A stretch of 63,568 nt of DNA, the filler included, from Octopus bimaculoides (taxonomy: Eukaryota), in assembly GCF_001194135.2 (NCBI RefSeq). It is 8 parts of 8 records of this genome, joined end to end, with 100 filler letters (N's around TTAATTAATTAA, not from the genome) between each part and the next. Parts side by side here need not be neighbours in the genome. Positions count along the whole stretch, not along the records: positions 36,442 to 39,828 come from NC_068997.1; positions 39,929 to 55,338 come from NC_069004.1; 6 more parts are not named here. One strand, 5' to 3'. The notes under the pieces are model-generated. The model worked only from the letters and a program-made list of their open reading frames with translations. It had not been told where the DNA came from and searched no databases. Positions 36,950 through 48,929 of the stretch are shown here, piece by piece; position 1 is the stretch's first letter; every line of letters begins with the position of its first letter. A program made the position numbers and the translations under genes.

Positions 36950-37654
36950 TAGCGTTTCTCAACCATTTATTACCTTTCGACTCCTTTGATTCCTATTTTA
37001 CTCGGATGCCTTCCACCCCCAAACCACCCACCACCACCACCCATAACCGTTCTATGTTTAAAAAATCCTATTGTATTTTTTACAATTAGATGTTATTCAG
37101 AATTGTATAAAACTATTCTTTTACTTTTACTCTTTTACTTGTTTCAGTCATTTGACTGCAGCCATGCTGGAGCACCGCCTTTAGTCAAGCAAATCGACCC
37201 CAGGACTTATTCTTTGGAAGCCTAGTACTTATTCTATCGGTCTCTTTTACCGAACCGCTAAGTTACGGGGACGTAAACACACCAGCATCGGTTGTCAAGC
37301 GATGTTGGGGGGACAAACACAGACGCACAAACATATACACACACATACATATATGTATATATATACATATATACGACGGGCTTCTTTCAGTTTCCGTCTA
37401 CCAAATCCACTCACAAGACTTTGGTTGGCCCGAGGCTATAGTAGAAGACACTTGCCCAAGGTGCCACGCAATGGGACTGAACCCAGAACCATGTAGTTGG
37501 TAAACAAGCTACTTACCACACAGCCACTCCAGCGCCTATTGTTAAACTATTTTGTGTATAGCAGAAGTGTAACCAATTTATTGCAAATTAATTTTAACAA
37601 CAAAACCTTATATGGACTCCCAAGGGCCGTATGAACCCTGGTTGAGAACCACCA
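36950..37654. mobile_element. hAT-type MITE (about 285 bp) interrupted by a SINE A
   Basis: TIRs TAGCGTTTCTCAACCA / TGGTTGAGAACCACCA (CAGTGGTTCTCAACC type). A second copy lies inverted at 42830-43020. Confidence 0.7.
37118..37537 (-). mobile_element. SINE family A, young full-length copy with TSD (tRNA-Gly-like head)
   Basis: Complete head, core, internal microsatellite and tail. Flanks ATTGTATAAAACTATT / ATTGTTAAACTATT. The head aligns by eye to tRNA-Gly (GTGGTA..CTxGCxTxCCA..GGGTTCAxTCCC). Confidence 0.9.
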
Positions 37655-38154
37655 TAGGCAATCGGTGTGGATTGTGTAAGTAAAGTAAACTACGAAATAA
37701 TATAGAATTATGAAATGTTATAGTTGACCCTTTTCCTGTCCTGTGTATCAAATGTGACACACAAGACATATTTCCCTGGCGTCCATGCATTATGTATGAT
37801 ACACATCGCCAATGTCTTTTTTGAACAATTAGAGTAACTTGGGACTTCTAGAAGGAAAGCTTCATTTAATTCAGAACGAATGAAACAAGGGATGACTAAA
37901 AGTCTAATGACAAGCATGGGCGTTTTGGACAAAATTATGAAAATGCTTTGGACAGGCAAAAATTAATATACAGGGGTACGATATTAATGAGGAAAATTAG
38001 AATCATTTCGTTTTTGTATTTGGTTTGCAACATTCTTGAAGTGAAATTTTGTGTCGAAAAAAAATCTTGTTTCTTCGGAGGGTCAACAATAGTAATAAAA
38101 CATGCACTGGTTCAATATCACTTCTTTCTTGTTAGTCAATTGGTTAAATATACA

Positions 38155-38667
38155 ATCATTAGATTGCAGCCATGCTGGGGCGCCGCCTTGAGGGGTTTCA
38201 CTTGAACACATCAACACTAATACTCGTTTTAAAAGTATGGTTTTCATTTTATCGGTTTCTTTTGTCACACTGCTAAGTTACGGGTAAGTAAGAAAGCATC
38301 AAGATCGGTTATCAAGCAGAAAGGGTGAGGAACAGACACAAAAAACACGCACACACATATATGTATATGTAAATACGTGTATGTGTGTATGAATGTGTAA
38401 ATGTATATACTCACACACACATACATATATGCGTGTGTGTGTGTATATGTATATGTCTGTGTGTGTGTGTATGTATGTATGTATGTATGTATATGTGTAT
38501 ATAACGTGCCTGCACACGTTTTCCATCAAGTAAATTCACTCACAAGGCATTGACGGGCCCAGGACTTATAGTGGAAGACATTTGCCAAGAATGTCACGCA
38601 GTGGGACAGAACCCAAAGCCACGTGGTTACAAAGCGAGCTTCTTAAGCACAGAGCTACAGCTGCACC
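38155..38667 (-). mobile_element. SINE family A, diverged
   Basis: Tail GCAGCCATGCTGGGG, internal TA/TG repeat, and core GAAGACATTTGCC..GCAGTGGGACAGAACCC. Confidence 0.8.
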
Positions 38668-39364
38668 TATGATTATATTTTAACGGGCGGGAAAAAGTGC
38701 TCTTGGAAGTGAGATGTAATAATTGAAATATGGCGGCCAATCTAAAATGCCTGTGATCTTTTATTTTGAGGGAGAGTAAAGCAACATTTGAATGAAGTAA
38801 ACGGAGTAGACATTAAATGAATATTAATATAGAGAATTACGTTAATATTAAATGGTTATGGCTATGAAATAAAATGAAGTGGGAGTAGAAAAAATACATG
38901 TCAAAATGATCTAGACGACTAATAATGAATATTTCATTAATATTAAATGAGGATGAATTTTAAAAAAAGTCTGTGTATAGAGTAAGGTGGGAGTTAAAAC
39001 AATTTAAAATGATCAAAAGAACCGAAAAACAAATGGGATATGACGAAGACTGAGTGAATGTATGGTAGGTGTTAAAATGGCCGTTAAAGGAATTAGTAAA
39101 CAGTGGTATATAGATTAAAGGAAAGTTTGCATATTGTAAGCACTATGGATGTGAACGTAAATATGGATGATGAGCAAAAGTGAGTGATCCAGGGAGAAAT
39201 GAGATTAAGTTATGTAAGGATGAAATTCTAAGGTAAACGAAGACGGTTAAGGATATTGATAAATTATGACAGAAGATGTAATAAGATGAACTAAGAGTGT
39301 TTAAAGTTCATGTCTCTATAGTGCCTAGAAAAATGGGAGTGAATGTGTGACTGACTAGTTTTAG

Positions 39365-39510
39365 GAATCATGAGCCATTTGGTCTGTTTTTACGTTCTGA
39401 GTTTAAATTCCACGGAGATCGATTTTGTGTCTCATCCTTTCGGAGTCGATGTAATTAACTTATCTCCGCTCCGAAGTTGCTGGCCTAGCACCAAAATTTG
39501 AAACCAATGT
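39365..39510 (+). mobile_element. SINE family B, diverged
   Basis: TACGTTCTGAGTTTAAATTCCACGGAGATCGATTTTGTGTCTCATCCTTTCGGAGTCGAT...AAAATTTGAAACCA. Confidence 0.75.
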
Positions 39511-39642
39511 AAGATAAGGGCCAAGGATGCGGAAACAAATGAAAAATTGTGAAATGTGAAAAGTTGAGAAGACAGAAATAATTAGCCTAACAGAAGGTAA
39601 AATTAGTTTGTTGACGATGTTTGTAGCCTTCGAAACTTCAGT

Positions 39643-39828
39643 GGTGTGGCGCAGGCAGTGGTATGTGTGATTAAGAAGCTGGGCTGGAAGTCACACGGGC
39701 TTGGGTTCAGTCCCACTGCGTTTTACCTTGGGCAAGTTTCTCCTGCTATAGTTCTGGACTTTGTGAATGAATTTGTGAACGTATTTGGTAGACGGCAACT
39801 GTGTGTAATCCCGTCATGTATATTATAC
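39643..39828 (+). mobile_element. SINE family A head and core, diverged
   Basis: GGGTTCAGTCCCACTGCG..CCTTGGGCAAGTTTCTCCTGCTATAG..TTTGGTAGACGG. Confidence 0.75.
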
Positions 39829-40429
39829 NNNNNNNNNNNNNNNNNNNNNNNNNNNNNNNNNNNNNNNNNNNNTTAATTAATTAANNNNNNNNNNNNNNNN
39901 NNNNNNNNNNNNNNNNNNNNNNNNNNNNACAACAATGCATAAATCGTAATTTTTAAAAGAGCAATGAAATCTAGGTGAATAGAATATATACGTAGCATGA
40001 ATTTAGGAAGCTTAGAAAATGAATAAGTATGAATTTAAGACAAAAACTGAATTCAATTGAATTTTCATGGAGAGAAACAAGATAAATAATAGAGGGCAGA
40101 CTAAAGCGCGAAAGGTATGAGATGTTTGAGGCCGTAAATAAATAAAAATCTCTATCTTATCTGCATCTTGGAGACTTCGTCGTAGTATGTCAGCGGAGAA
40201 GAGATTGAGATAATTTAGAATGGATTTCTCATTTATATATACCCAGAACCTGAAGACCTTGAGGAAAAACTACAAGAGAGGCATGTATATTTGTGTAAAT
40301 ATGTGTGTATGTGCACATGTATGTGTGATGTATGTACATGTACATGTACATATGTATACATGTATATATATATATGTGCATGTTTATAAGTACATACACA
40401 TCTACATATCTTTCTATGATAAAATTTAG

Positions 40430-41080
40430 ACATCTCATCTCTTGAGAATATCAGGGCAAAAACCAATTTTACAATAGAATCCTATAGCCATGATTCTGTA
40501 GAGTTCTTTGAAGTTTTCTTTCTTTGTGAGTGGGTGGTCTCTGAACATGACAAATCTGTCCATTTTTAAGGGCTTTATATTGATTGGCAATCACAGAAAA
40601 GAAAGCATTGTTTTGTTTGTTTTTAATGGCTGTGATAGAATTCCAGTCAACACGCCATTTATAGAATTCCAGTTAGCACACCTTTTCCAAATCCCATCAG
40701 AGACCAAGGTGGAAGCTTTGACTGCAAACCCACGAATTAAATTCCATCTCCTAGAAATCACAAAAACCAATTTTACAGTAGAATCATATAGGCATAATTC
40801 TGTTGAGTTTTCTTTTTTTTTTGTTTACTTTCTTTTGTGTGTGTATGTGTTTCCTCTAGAATATGAGAAATCTATCCATTTTTAAGGGCCTTATATTGAT
40901 CAGCAATCCCAGAAAAAAAAAACCCCATTGTTTTGTTTGTTTGCTTGTTTTAATGGCTTTTGATGGAATTCCAGTTAGCACACCTTTTCCCAGATCTCAT
41001 CAGAGAACAAGGTGGAAGCCTCAGCTGCACACCAACAAATTGAATTCCATCTCCCAGAAATCACAAAAACATTTACAGCT
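40430..41080. repeat. Diverged tandem duplication, about 300-bp unit, just over two units
   Basis: TCCATTTTTAAGGGC, GAATTCCAGTTAGCACACCTTTTCC, CAAGGTGGAAGC, TTCCATCTCC and GAAATCACAAAAAC each occur twice. Confidence 0.85.
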
Positions 41081-42829
41081 TTTCATTCTAACACTTCACA
41101 ATTTTCTCAATATCAGTGTGTGTAAGAGAGAGATAGAGAGATTGAGATTGTCTTATGATACAACACATCAGAAATGGTTAGTTTTTTTTCACCTTGTTGT
41201 TTATTGCGTTTGTTTTCCTGGCTACAATGGAAAAAAAATCTGTGGTTCTCCAGAGACAGTGTGAAGCTGGTCACTAAACTACATTAAATTGGATTAATTC
41301 TTTTTTAGGTTTCTGAAGGAAAAAAATTTTTAAAAACTGTCATAATAGAAGGAGACCTTGAGAAGACAGTTTACTAGTAAACAAGAAATATTGCCTGGAG
41401 ATATGGGAAGTATGTCTGATCTAAAGGGGGAATATAATGGATCAGATCCATTCTATAGCTGTGATATGACATTAATGAATGATTGTGGAAGAAAAAAAAT
41501 GTTGATTAGGGAGAAGATAAGGAGTTATAAAGAATCCTTTACATACCATCAAAAGAGAGAGAGAAAGAGAGAAAGGGTGATTCTATTGTTTTAAGAAAAT
41601 GATTTTATTAATGATTTTGTAGCAATGTAACATGGCTGTTGTTGATGTAGGGTCAGTCAGGCGATACTGTTGTTGATATATATATATATATATATATATA
41701 TCATCATCATCATCATCATCATCATCNNNNNNNNNNNNNNNNNNNNNNNNNNNNNNNNNNNNNNNNNNNNNNNNNNNNNNNNNNNNNNNNNNNNNNNNNN
41801 NNNNNNNNNNNNNNNNNNNNNNNNNNNNNNNNNNNNNNNNNNNNNNNNNNNNNNNNNNNNNNNNNNNNNNNNNNNNNNNNNNNNNNNNNNNNNNNNNNNN
41901 NNNNNNNNNNNNNNNNNNNNNNNNNNNNNNNNNNNNNNNNNNNNNNNNNNNNNNNNNNNNNNNNNNNNNNNNNNNNNNNNNNNNNNNNNNNNNNNNNNNN
42001 NNNNNNNNNNNNNNNNNNNNNNNNNNNNNNNNNNNNNNNNNNNNNNNNNNNNNNNNNNNNNNNNNNNNNNNNNNNNNNNNNNNNNNNNNNNNNNNNNNNN
42101 NNNNNNNNNNNNNNNNNNNNNNNNNNNNNTATATATATAAAACCATACAGTCGTGTCTTTATCTAGTGTTTGCCAATCAACTCTTATAGTCATTACTTTG
42201 TCACCTTCACAGTTAATTATCTTTATTTTGTTGTTAATTAGCAATATGTAACAGACATTGCTTTGATATGAAATATTAAGAGAAATTCAACGAAAATTAC
42301 AATATAATAATTAATGTAGACACTAATATATATGTACGCATATGTGTGTGTATATGTATGTATATATGTGTATATGTGCATATATATGTGTATGTATATA
42401 TGTGTGTATGTGTATATATGTATATGTGTATGTATATTTATATACATATATATAGGTGTATATATATGTATATATGTGTGTGTGTGTGTGTGTGAATTAT
42501 AACTCTAGTTCATATATGATTTGGTTCCACTGCTTCTGACAAGCGTGTTTCTGTGATGAAATACAGACAACATCTCATCATGTGAGGACCAAGTAATATT
42601 ACATAAAACTGAAAGAGACAGTTATTATAGCAATTATAATTAATTCCAGCAGTGAAATAACTAACGACAATAATATCATAATTATAATTCAACTAATGAA
42701 AGATTTTCACTTTGGTCAAGAGAGACCAGGGAGTGTGAAGGTCCTTTACAAAGTGTCTCCAGTTGGGAGGAACCGGGTCCTTCTCTTTCCAGACTAGGGA
42801 GATCATCAACTGGAGTCCGGTCCTTGGAG

Positions 42830-43020
42830 AGGGGGTTCATATAAGATTTTGTTGTTGAAATTTATATGCAATAAGTTGGTCGTATTTCTGCATTACACAA
42901 TTTCTAATATCTAATTATAAAAAATATAAGATATTTCAAACATCAGATGGCTGTTGGGGTCCACCTGAATAAAATAGGAATCATGGGGGTCCATAGGCAA
43001 AAAATGGTTGAGAACCATTT
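42830..43020. mobile_element. hAT-type MITE, second copy (inverted relative to 36950-37654)
   Basis: CATATAAGATTTTGTTGTTGAAATT and TAAAATAGGAATCA..AAATGGTTGAGAACC match the reverse complement of the first copy. Confidence 0.7.
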
Positions 43021-43528
43021 GTTTAACCCTTTTTATTGCAGAAATCAGATATATCCCCTCAGAATTTCATTATCCTCATTTGCAGAAAGCAGTTCTATAT
43101 ACCAATCTGTCTCTTGTTGAAGAATGTCATGTTTGAAACTTATCTTTTATTGAGATTTCTCAAGTTTATTGAAGTAATGTGACTTGCAGGAATTACCAAT
43201 TCAATTTTTTTGGTTGATATTTAACATCATTACTGAAATAGCCATGAAATAATTTCATGGTTATTTACTAAAGTACCAGTTAACTATCAGGGTTGATTAA
43301 CTATCTCCCAAGCTTCCACAAGCAAAAGGCTACAACTGAGGATCAGTTATGATTCTTAAATGCTGCTGGTTGATCTTTAGGGAGGATGGAGGAGAATGTA
43401 AATCTCCCAGCAACCACAATATCCATACGAGGAGATGTCACCCTTGAGTGTTATCAGCTTTCAAAGATGCTGTGTCAGACATTAATTAGGAGGAGGTGGA
43501 GAGGAAGAAGAAGAATGGAATAATGATG

Positions 43529-43561
<33 letters not shown>

Positions 43562-43835
43562 GTTTCGAATTTTGGCACATGGCCAGCAAGTTCATGGGGA
43601 GGAAGTAAATTNNNNNNNNNNNNNNNNNNNNNNNNNNNNNNNNNNNNNNNNNNNNNNNNNNNNNNNNNNNNNNNNNNNNNNNNNNNNNNNNNNNNNNNNN
43701 NNNNNNNNNNNNNNNNNNNNNNNNNNNNNNNNNNNNNNNNNNNNNNNNNNNNNNNNNNNNNNNNNNNNNNNNNNNNNNNNNNNNNNNNNNNNNNNNNNNN
43801 NNNNNNNNNNNNNGTGATTCTGCCATCCTGCTACC

Positions 43836-43875
<40 letters not shown>

Positions 43876-43888
43876 TGATGATGATAAT

Positions 43889-44096
43889 GGTTTCAAATTT
43901 TACCACAAGGGCAGCAATTTTGGTGGGGAGATGAGTCGATTACATTGACCTTGGTGTTCAGCTGGTACTTAATTTATTGACCTCGAAAGGATGAAAGGCA
44001 AAGTCGACCTCGGCAGAATTTGAACACAGAACGGCAGATAAACTACTGCTAAGCATTTCACCCACCATGGTAACAATTCTACCAGCTTGCCGCCCT
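43889..44096 (-). mobile_element. SINE family B
   Basis: GAAAGGATGAAAGGCAAAGTCGACCTCGGCAGAATTTGAAC. A partial sister copy spans the gap at 43560-43830. Confidence 0.85.
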
Positions 44097-44156
44097 CAAT
44101 AATAATAGAAATGAGAGGCTCTCATTTGTGACTTAAAGAGCAATACTTGGTTGTCA

Positions 44157-44519
44157 TCTTTTACTTGTTTCAGTCATTAGACTGCGGCCATGCTGGGGCA
44201 CCACTTTGGAGAATTTTAGTGGAACAAATCAACCCCAGAAGTTATTTTTTTTAAAGCATGGTACTTATTCTGTTGGTCACTAAATTACAGGGGCGTAAAC
44301 ACTCCAACACCAATTGCCAAGCAGATACACACACACACACACACACAGATACATATACACAATGGGCTTCTTTCAGTTTCCATCTCCCAAATCCATTTAC
44401 AAGGCTTTGGTCAGCCCAAGGCTGTTGTTGAAGATGCTTGCCCAATGTGCCACACAGTGGGACTGAACCTTGAACCAGGTGGCTGGGAAGCAAACTTCTT
44501 ACCACGCAGCCATGCCTGT
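44157..44519 (-). mobile_element. SINE family A, strongly CpG-decayed
   Basis: Full architecture with CAATGGGC, CCATCT, GGTCAGCCCAAGG and CCACACAG in place of CpG-containing words. Confidence 0.85.
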
Positions 44520-44867
44520 ATCTTTTAAAACAAGCTTTAACATTTCATTTATGTCAGAATGCAAACATCTCTGTGATGTGATTTCCAAACTGTAACTTTA
44601 CCGTTATATAGAAGATTTTAAAATCAGCAGAATATGTACTCTTTATAACTGTGTAGGTGGGTGTGCAGGATGGGCAAGGATGGGTGTTTGATCTTTAGAA
44701 TTTCTAATATTGATTTGCAATTAATGCATGCACCTACCCACATACCCACACTCCCATCTCCCCATTTTTGATTTACTACTGACCATATTTATGGTTTTAA
44801 GAGATGGTACATAGATAATGGCGTGATGTTTTACAGTTGTAAACAGCTCTTGCTAACGATCGGATGG

Positions 44868-44903
<36 letters not shown>

Positions 44904-46469
44904 TACCACCACCACTACCACCACCATCATCACCATCACATCCACCATCATCATCATCATCATCACAACCACCACCACCACCATCACCACCACCACCATC
45001 ATCATCATCACCACCACCACCACCATCACCATCGTTACCATTATCATCACCATCATCAAAATCATTTCCATATCCTGTTTTGCATGCTAACATAGATTAA
45101 ATACAGTGTTTTAAACTGAGTCTGTTTTTATTCAGTGTTTTTTCCTTCCATCATTTCTATTTTTGGCCTGTGTTTCTACAGCTGAATCCCCTTCCTGTCA
45201 CCAACTTGCTCATTTACATTACAGAAGTCTCCAAGAGACTTGACCCCTTTCATTCCACAGGCACAGCCTCTACATATACCAGAATAGCCTTTATGGTGTT
45301 GCCCAAAATACCCATGAAACATACCATCAGCCATTGTAATGCAGTCACTTTCATTCGTTATTAAGGTTCTCTACTGAAGGGCCCCTGCCATGATATCCAA
45401 GACTAGTTTAAACTCCATTAGTCTACCAGTCTGACTACCTCCCTCAATTACATTATTATCTACCCATTTTCCTGACAACTATATTACTACCTTGCCCTTT
45501 CCCCAATGGTTTGGATTTTGGCTATTCCTTCTAGCGTGCCAGGTATCCTATGATTGATACCTCTTATGTGTCTAAATGTACACTGTATATATATATATAT
45601 ATATATATATNNNNNNNNNNNNNNNNNNNNNNNNNNNNNNNNNNNNNNNNNNNNNNNNNNNNNNNNNNNNNNNNNNNNNNNNNNNNNNNNNNNNNNNNNN
45701 NNNNNNNNNNNNNNNNNNNNNNNNNNNNNNNNNNNNNNNNNNNNNNNNNNNNNNNNNNNNNNNNNNNNNNNNNNNNNNNNNNNNNNNNNNNNNNNNNNNN
45801 NNNNNNNNNNNNNNNNNNNNNNNNNNNNNNNNNNNNNNNNNNNNNNNNNNNNNNNNNNNNNNNNNNNNNNNNNNNNNNNNNNNNNNNNNNNNNNNNNNNN
45901 NNNNNNNNNNNNNNNNNNNNNNNNNNNNNNNNNNNNNNNNNNNNNNNNNNNNNNNNNNNNNNNNNNNNNNNNNNNNNNNNAAAAACTTTATTTGTATGGA
46001 GCTGGGCTTTATTAATTTAATATCTTTGTTTTTGTTTTTTTGTTTTTGCTGTTTTTGTCAGAAAGGAGTGTTTGTTTATTTTGATAAATGATAGCTTTGA
46101 GGGTTTTTAATGAGAATAATTTACACTACTGGTCAGACATTTCAGAACCAATCCTCTATATATCGTCGAACATTTTTTTTTGACAGAGATGTAAGACAAC
46201 AGCAGAACCTGCTTCCGACCATGTTGTACCATTGCCATAATGAGTGGGAGGAGTGAATTAGCTGGCAGTAATGGAAGCTATTTCTGAAATTGGCTGGAAT
46301 CAACGTTGAGGTTTATTCATGGCTTCTAAAACTTAAATATTGACTTGGCTCAGCAATATATATACACTTATTTCCGTATCAGAATATTGATTCATTTCAA
46401 TGCAAAGCCAACGTTTACTGCAATCTTTTTCTCAACTTCCTTTTTTGTTTTCATGATATTTCCATATAC

Positions 46470-46918
46470 AACTGGGTGGTTAAGAAGTTCGTGTTTGGAA
46501 CCATGTGGTTTTGAGTTCAGTCCCAATGCACAGCATCATGGGGAAAGTGTAACCCAGAACCAATATGGTTCTGGGTTACTTTAGACAAGTGTCTTCTAAA
46601 TATGTCCCTTGTCAACCAAACCCTTAGGCATGGATTTTGGTGGATGAAAATTGAAGACAACTTATTCTATATATTCATGTGTGTATGGGTTTGTGTGTGG
46701 GGGGTGTTGTGTGTTCATGTCTTTGACATCATGTATTATCTGTGAACAACTATCACTGCCTTATATGTCCAGCCATGGGGAAACATTACCTTATTTGGAA
46801 ACAGGTGAGGGTTGGTAACAGGAAAGGCATTAAGCTGCAGAAAAACTTGCCTCAACAAATTTCTTACAACCCATGTGAGCTTAGTAAAGTAAACATCAAA
46901 ATGATGTTGATGATGATC
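46470..46918 (+). mobile_element. SINE family A head and core joined to an RTE-like tail
   Basis: GAGTTCAGTCCCA..GACAAGTGTCTTCT..GGATTTTGGTGGATG, (TG)n, then GGGTTGGTAACAGGAAAGGCATTAAGCTGCAGAAAA..AAACATCAAAATGATGTTGATGATG. Confidence 0.7.
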
Positions 46919-47454
46919 ACACACACACACACTCGTTTGCAAACGACTCTTTGCTTTGTCGTTGCTCAGATTCTTTTTGTGTCCATTAATTGAGGCAAAC
47001 GAAAAACAAACAAACTTCTTCTGAGGGGAAACATGAAACAAGAGAAGTATGTTGAATTATTCATTAGTCATTGTTCGTTATTCAGGTGATATTTGTTCGA
47101 TGTTAATGAACGAGAAGCGAATTGGAATCTCTGTTGAAATGGTCAACTTATTTGTCATTCACTCCAAGTAACAGGAAGAGAATGGGGACAAAACTGACCA
47201 TTTCCACAGAGTTCTCTCTATCAGTTGGTCAATAACCTTGTATTGCCACACCTGACAAGAATTATTACCTCAACAAAGCTAATAAATCAAAATAATTTTA
47301 TATGATGATGATGATGATGGTGATATTCTATGTTTCATATACTCCAAAGATTTGTTGAAATTTTGTTTCTATAATCCTCTGTGAGTTTGTATTGAGTCCT
47401 TTCCATTGCCCATGGTTTTGGTTTTCCAACAAGAAACATTCTTTTATCTGTTAT

Positions 47455-47680
47455 TCGTTTCAGCCATTGGACTGAGGCCATGCTGGGGCACCATCTTCAA
47501 AGGTTCAGTCAAACAAATCAACCCCAGTCCTTGTTTTTGTTTGTCTCAGACTTATTCTGTCACAGGGGCATAAACAAACCAACACCAGTTGTCAAGCAGT
47601 GAGTGGGAGATGGATCCTGTACAAACACACACATACACGACAGGCTTCCTCATGGTTTTTTTTTTTTTTTTTTTTTTTTG
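47455..47680 (-). mobile_element. SINE family A tail half
   Basis: TTTCAGCCATTGGACTGAGGCCATGCTGGGGCACC...CAGTTGTCAAGCAG...ATACGACAGGCTTC. Confidence 0.75.
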
Positions 47681-48160
47681 GGGCAACTTTTGGATTGCCA
47701 CTTGTTTGTTACATATTTCCAGACTGGATTTGAAGCAGAAATTTTTACTACTAAACCAGTCGCCTAATAGATAAAAATACTGTAACATCCTTACTTACTT
47801 GGCTGACTACTCATTCATAAATATGATTCCAAATCTAGTCTGAGACTAGATTTGGAATCATATTTGTGAATTACAACACCTGATGGTGATCACACACACT
47901 TGAGCCAAATTAAATGTAAAAATATGCAACCTAATGATAAGATTAATTTCTCAAAGATTATTTTCTAATTAACAGAAATTCATCTTGAATATTTTTAGAA
48001 ACGTCTGATAGTTTGTATGTTTTGTAAATGATAAATATGATTCCATGAATATATAATCAATGTTTATAAAATTAATGATGAAAATAGATCAATATTTCAA
48101 CCAATGGTATTAGCTACTTAATTCATTCATTTTTTTGTGTCTTTTTTTCTTATTTTCCAG

Positions 48161-48256
48161 GATTTTCTTTCTCTTAAGAAACGACATGGCCTAGGTGATG
48201 TTCGCAAAGTTCATTTGGTGAAATCAGCCGATGAAGGTCTTGGTATGTCTATAACG
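48161..48256 (+). CDS. GOPC: GOPC (Golgi-associated PDZ and coiled-coil protein, PIST/CAL) internal exon: linker and PDZ start
   Basis: Polypyrimidine tract and CAG acceptor, 96 nt in phase 0, donor GTAAGT. Encodes DFLSLKKRHGLGDVRKVHLVKSADEGLGMSIT versus human [32 protein letters not shown]. Confidence 0.93.
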
Positions 48257-48629
48257 GTAAGTTTGAATTTCTCAAGTGTTTTGGAGAGACAGAGACAGCG
48301 TGGAGACAGGCAAACAGAGACAGCACAGGGACAAGCAGACAGATAGAGAGACAGATAGACAAGGGACTCTCTCAGTTCTCATCACCTGATAATTATTGTA
48401 ATTTTGTGACAGGCAGCCGTCTCCCTTCTCTCATCTGCTATAATAGTTTCCTCAGCAGATGGCTTCATATGACCCCCCACACACACACACACACACACAC
48501 CCACTTCTCCAAGATTCAACAAGGTAGGGGTTGCAGACATTCTTTTGTGAGAATTGAGAATTCTGCTAAAGATCTCTTTCTACTGTTTATATATATATAT
48601 ATATATATATATATTTCCATTGTTTACTG

Positions 48630-48875
48630 AAACAGGGGCACTACCCATTGCTTTTACTGCACCCACCTCTGTTAGGGTTAGAGGAAGGTGAAGATAACAC
48701 TGTGTTACACGATTTTTGTCCTTGGGTAGCAACTATTATTTCCTATTTGCTTACCCCTAGAAAGTATGAAAAATGGCTAATATTTCCTTCAAGCTTTACT
48801 TTTGTTACATTTACTCAAACCCAAGAGAATCCCTCTCAGCACATGGCTATGATGCTCCCCACCCCCACTACACCT
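48630..48875 (+). mobile_element. Interspersed repeat fragment sharing a module with the 21984-22506 element
   Basis: TTACTCAAACCCAAGAGAATCCCTCTCAGCACATGGCTA (48811-48849) matches the reverse complement of 22202-22240, but the upstream sequence differs. Confidence 0.5.
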
Positions 48876-48929
48876 GTCTTCTTTGTTTGATCATTGTCCT
48901 TTATTTAAAAATATATATTTATTTTTTTA

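Noticed and set aside
37460-37537. tRNA-like sequences with A and B boxes
   Set aside because: These are SINE heads continuous with SINE bodies, not tRNA genes, and the cloverleaf arms do not pair.
46296-46310. WNQ codons resembling GOPC KLWNQLEAE
   Set aside because: Immediately followed by a stop codon, with no surrounding similarity or splice sites.
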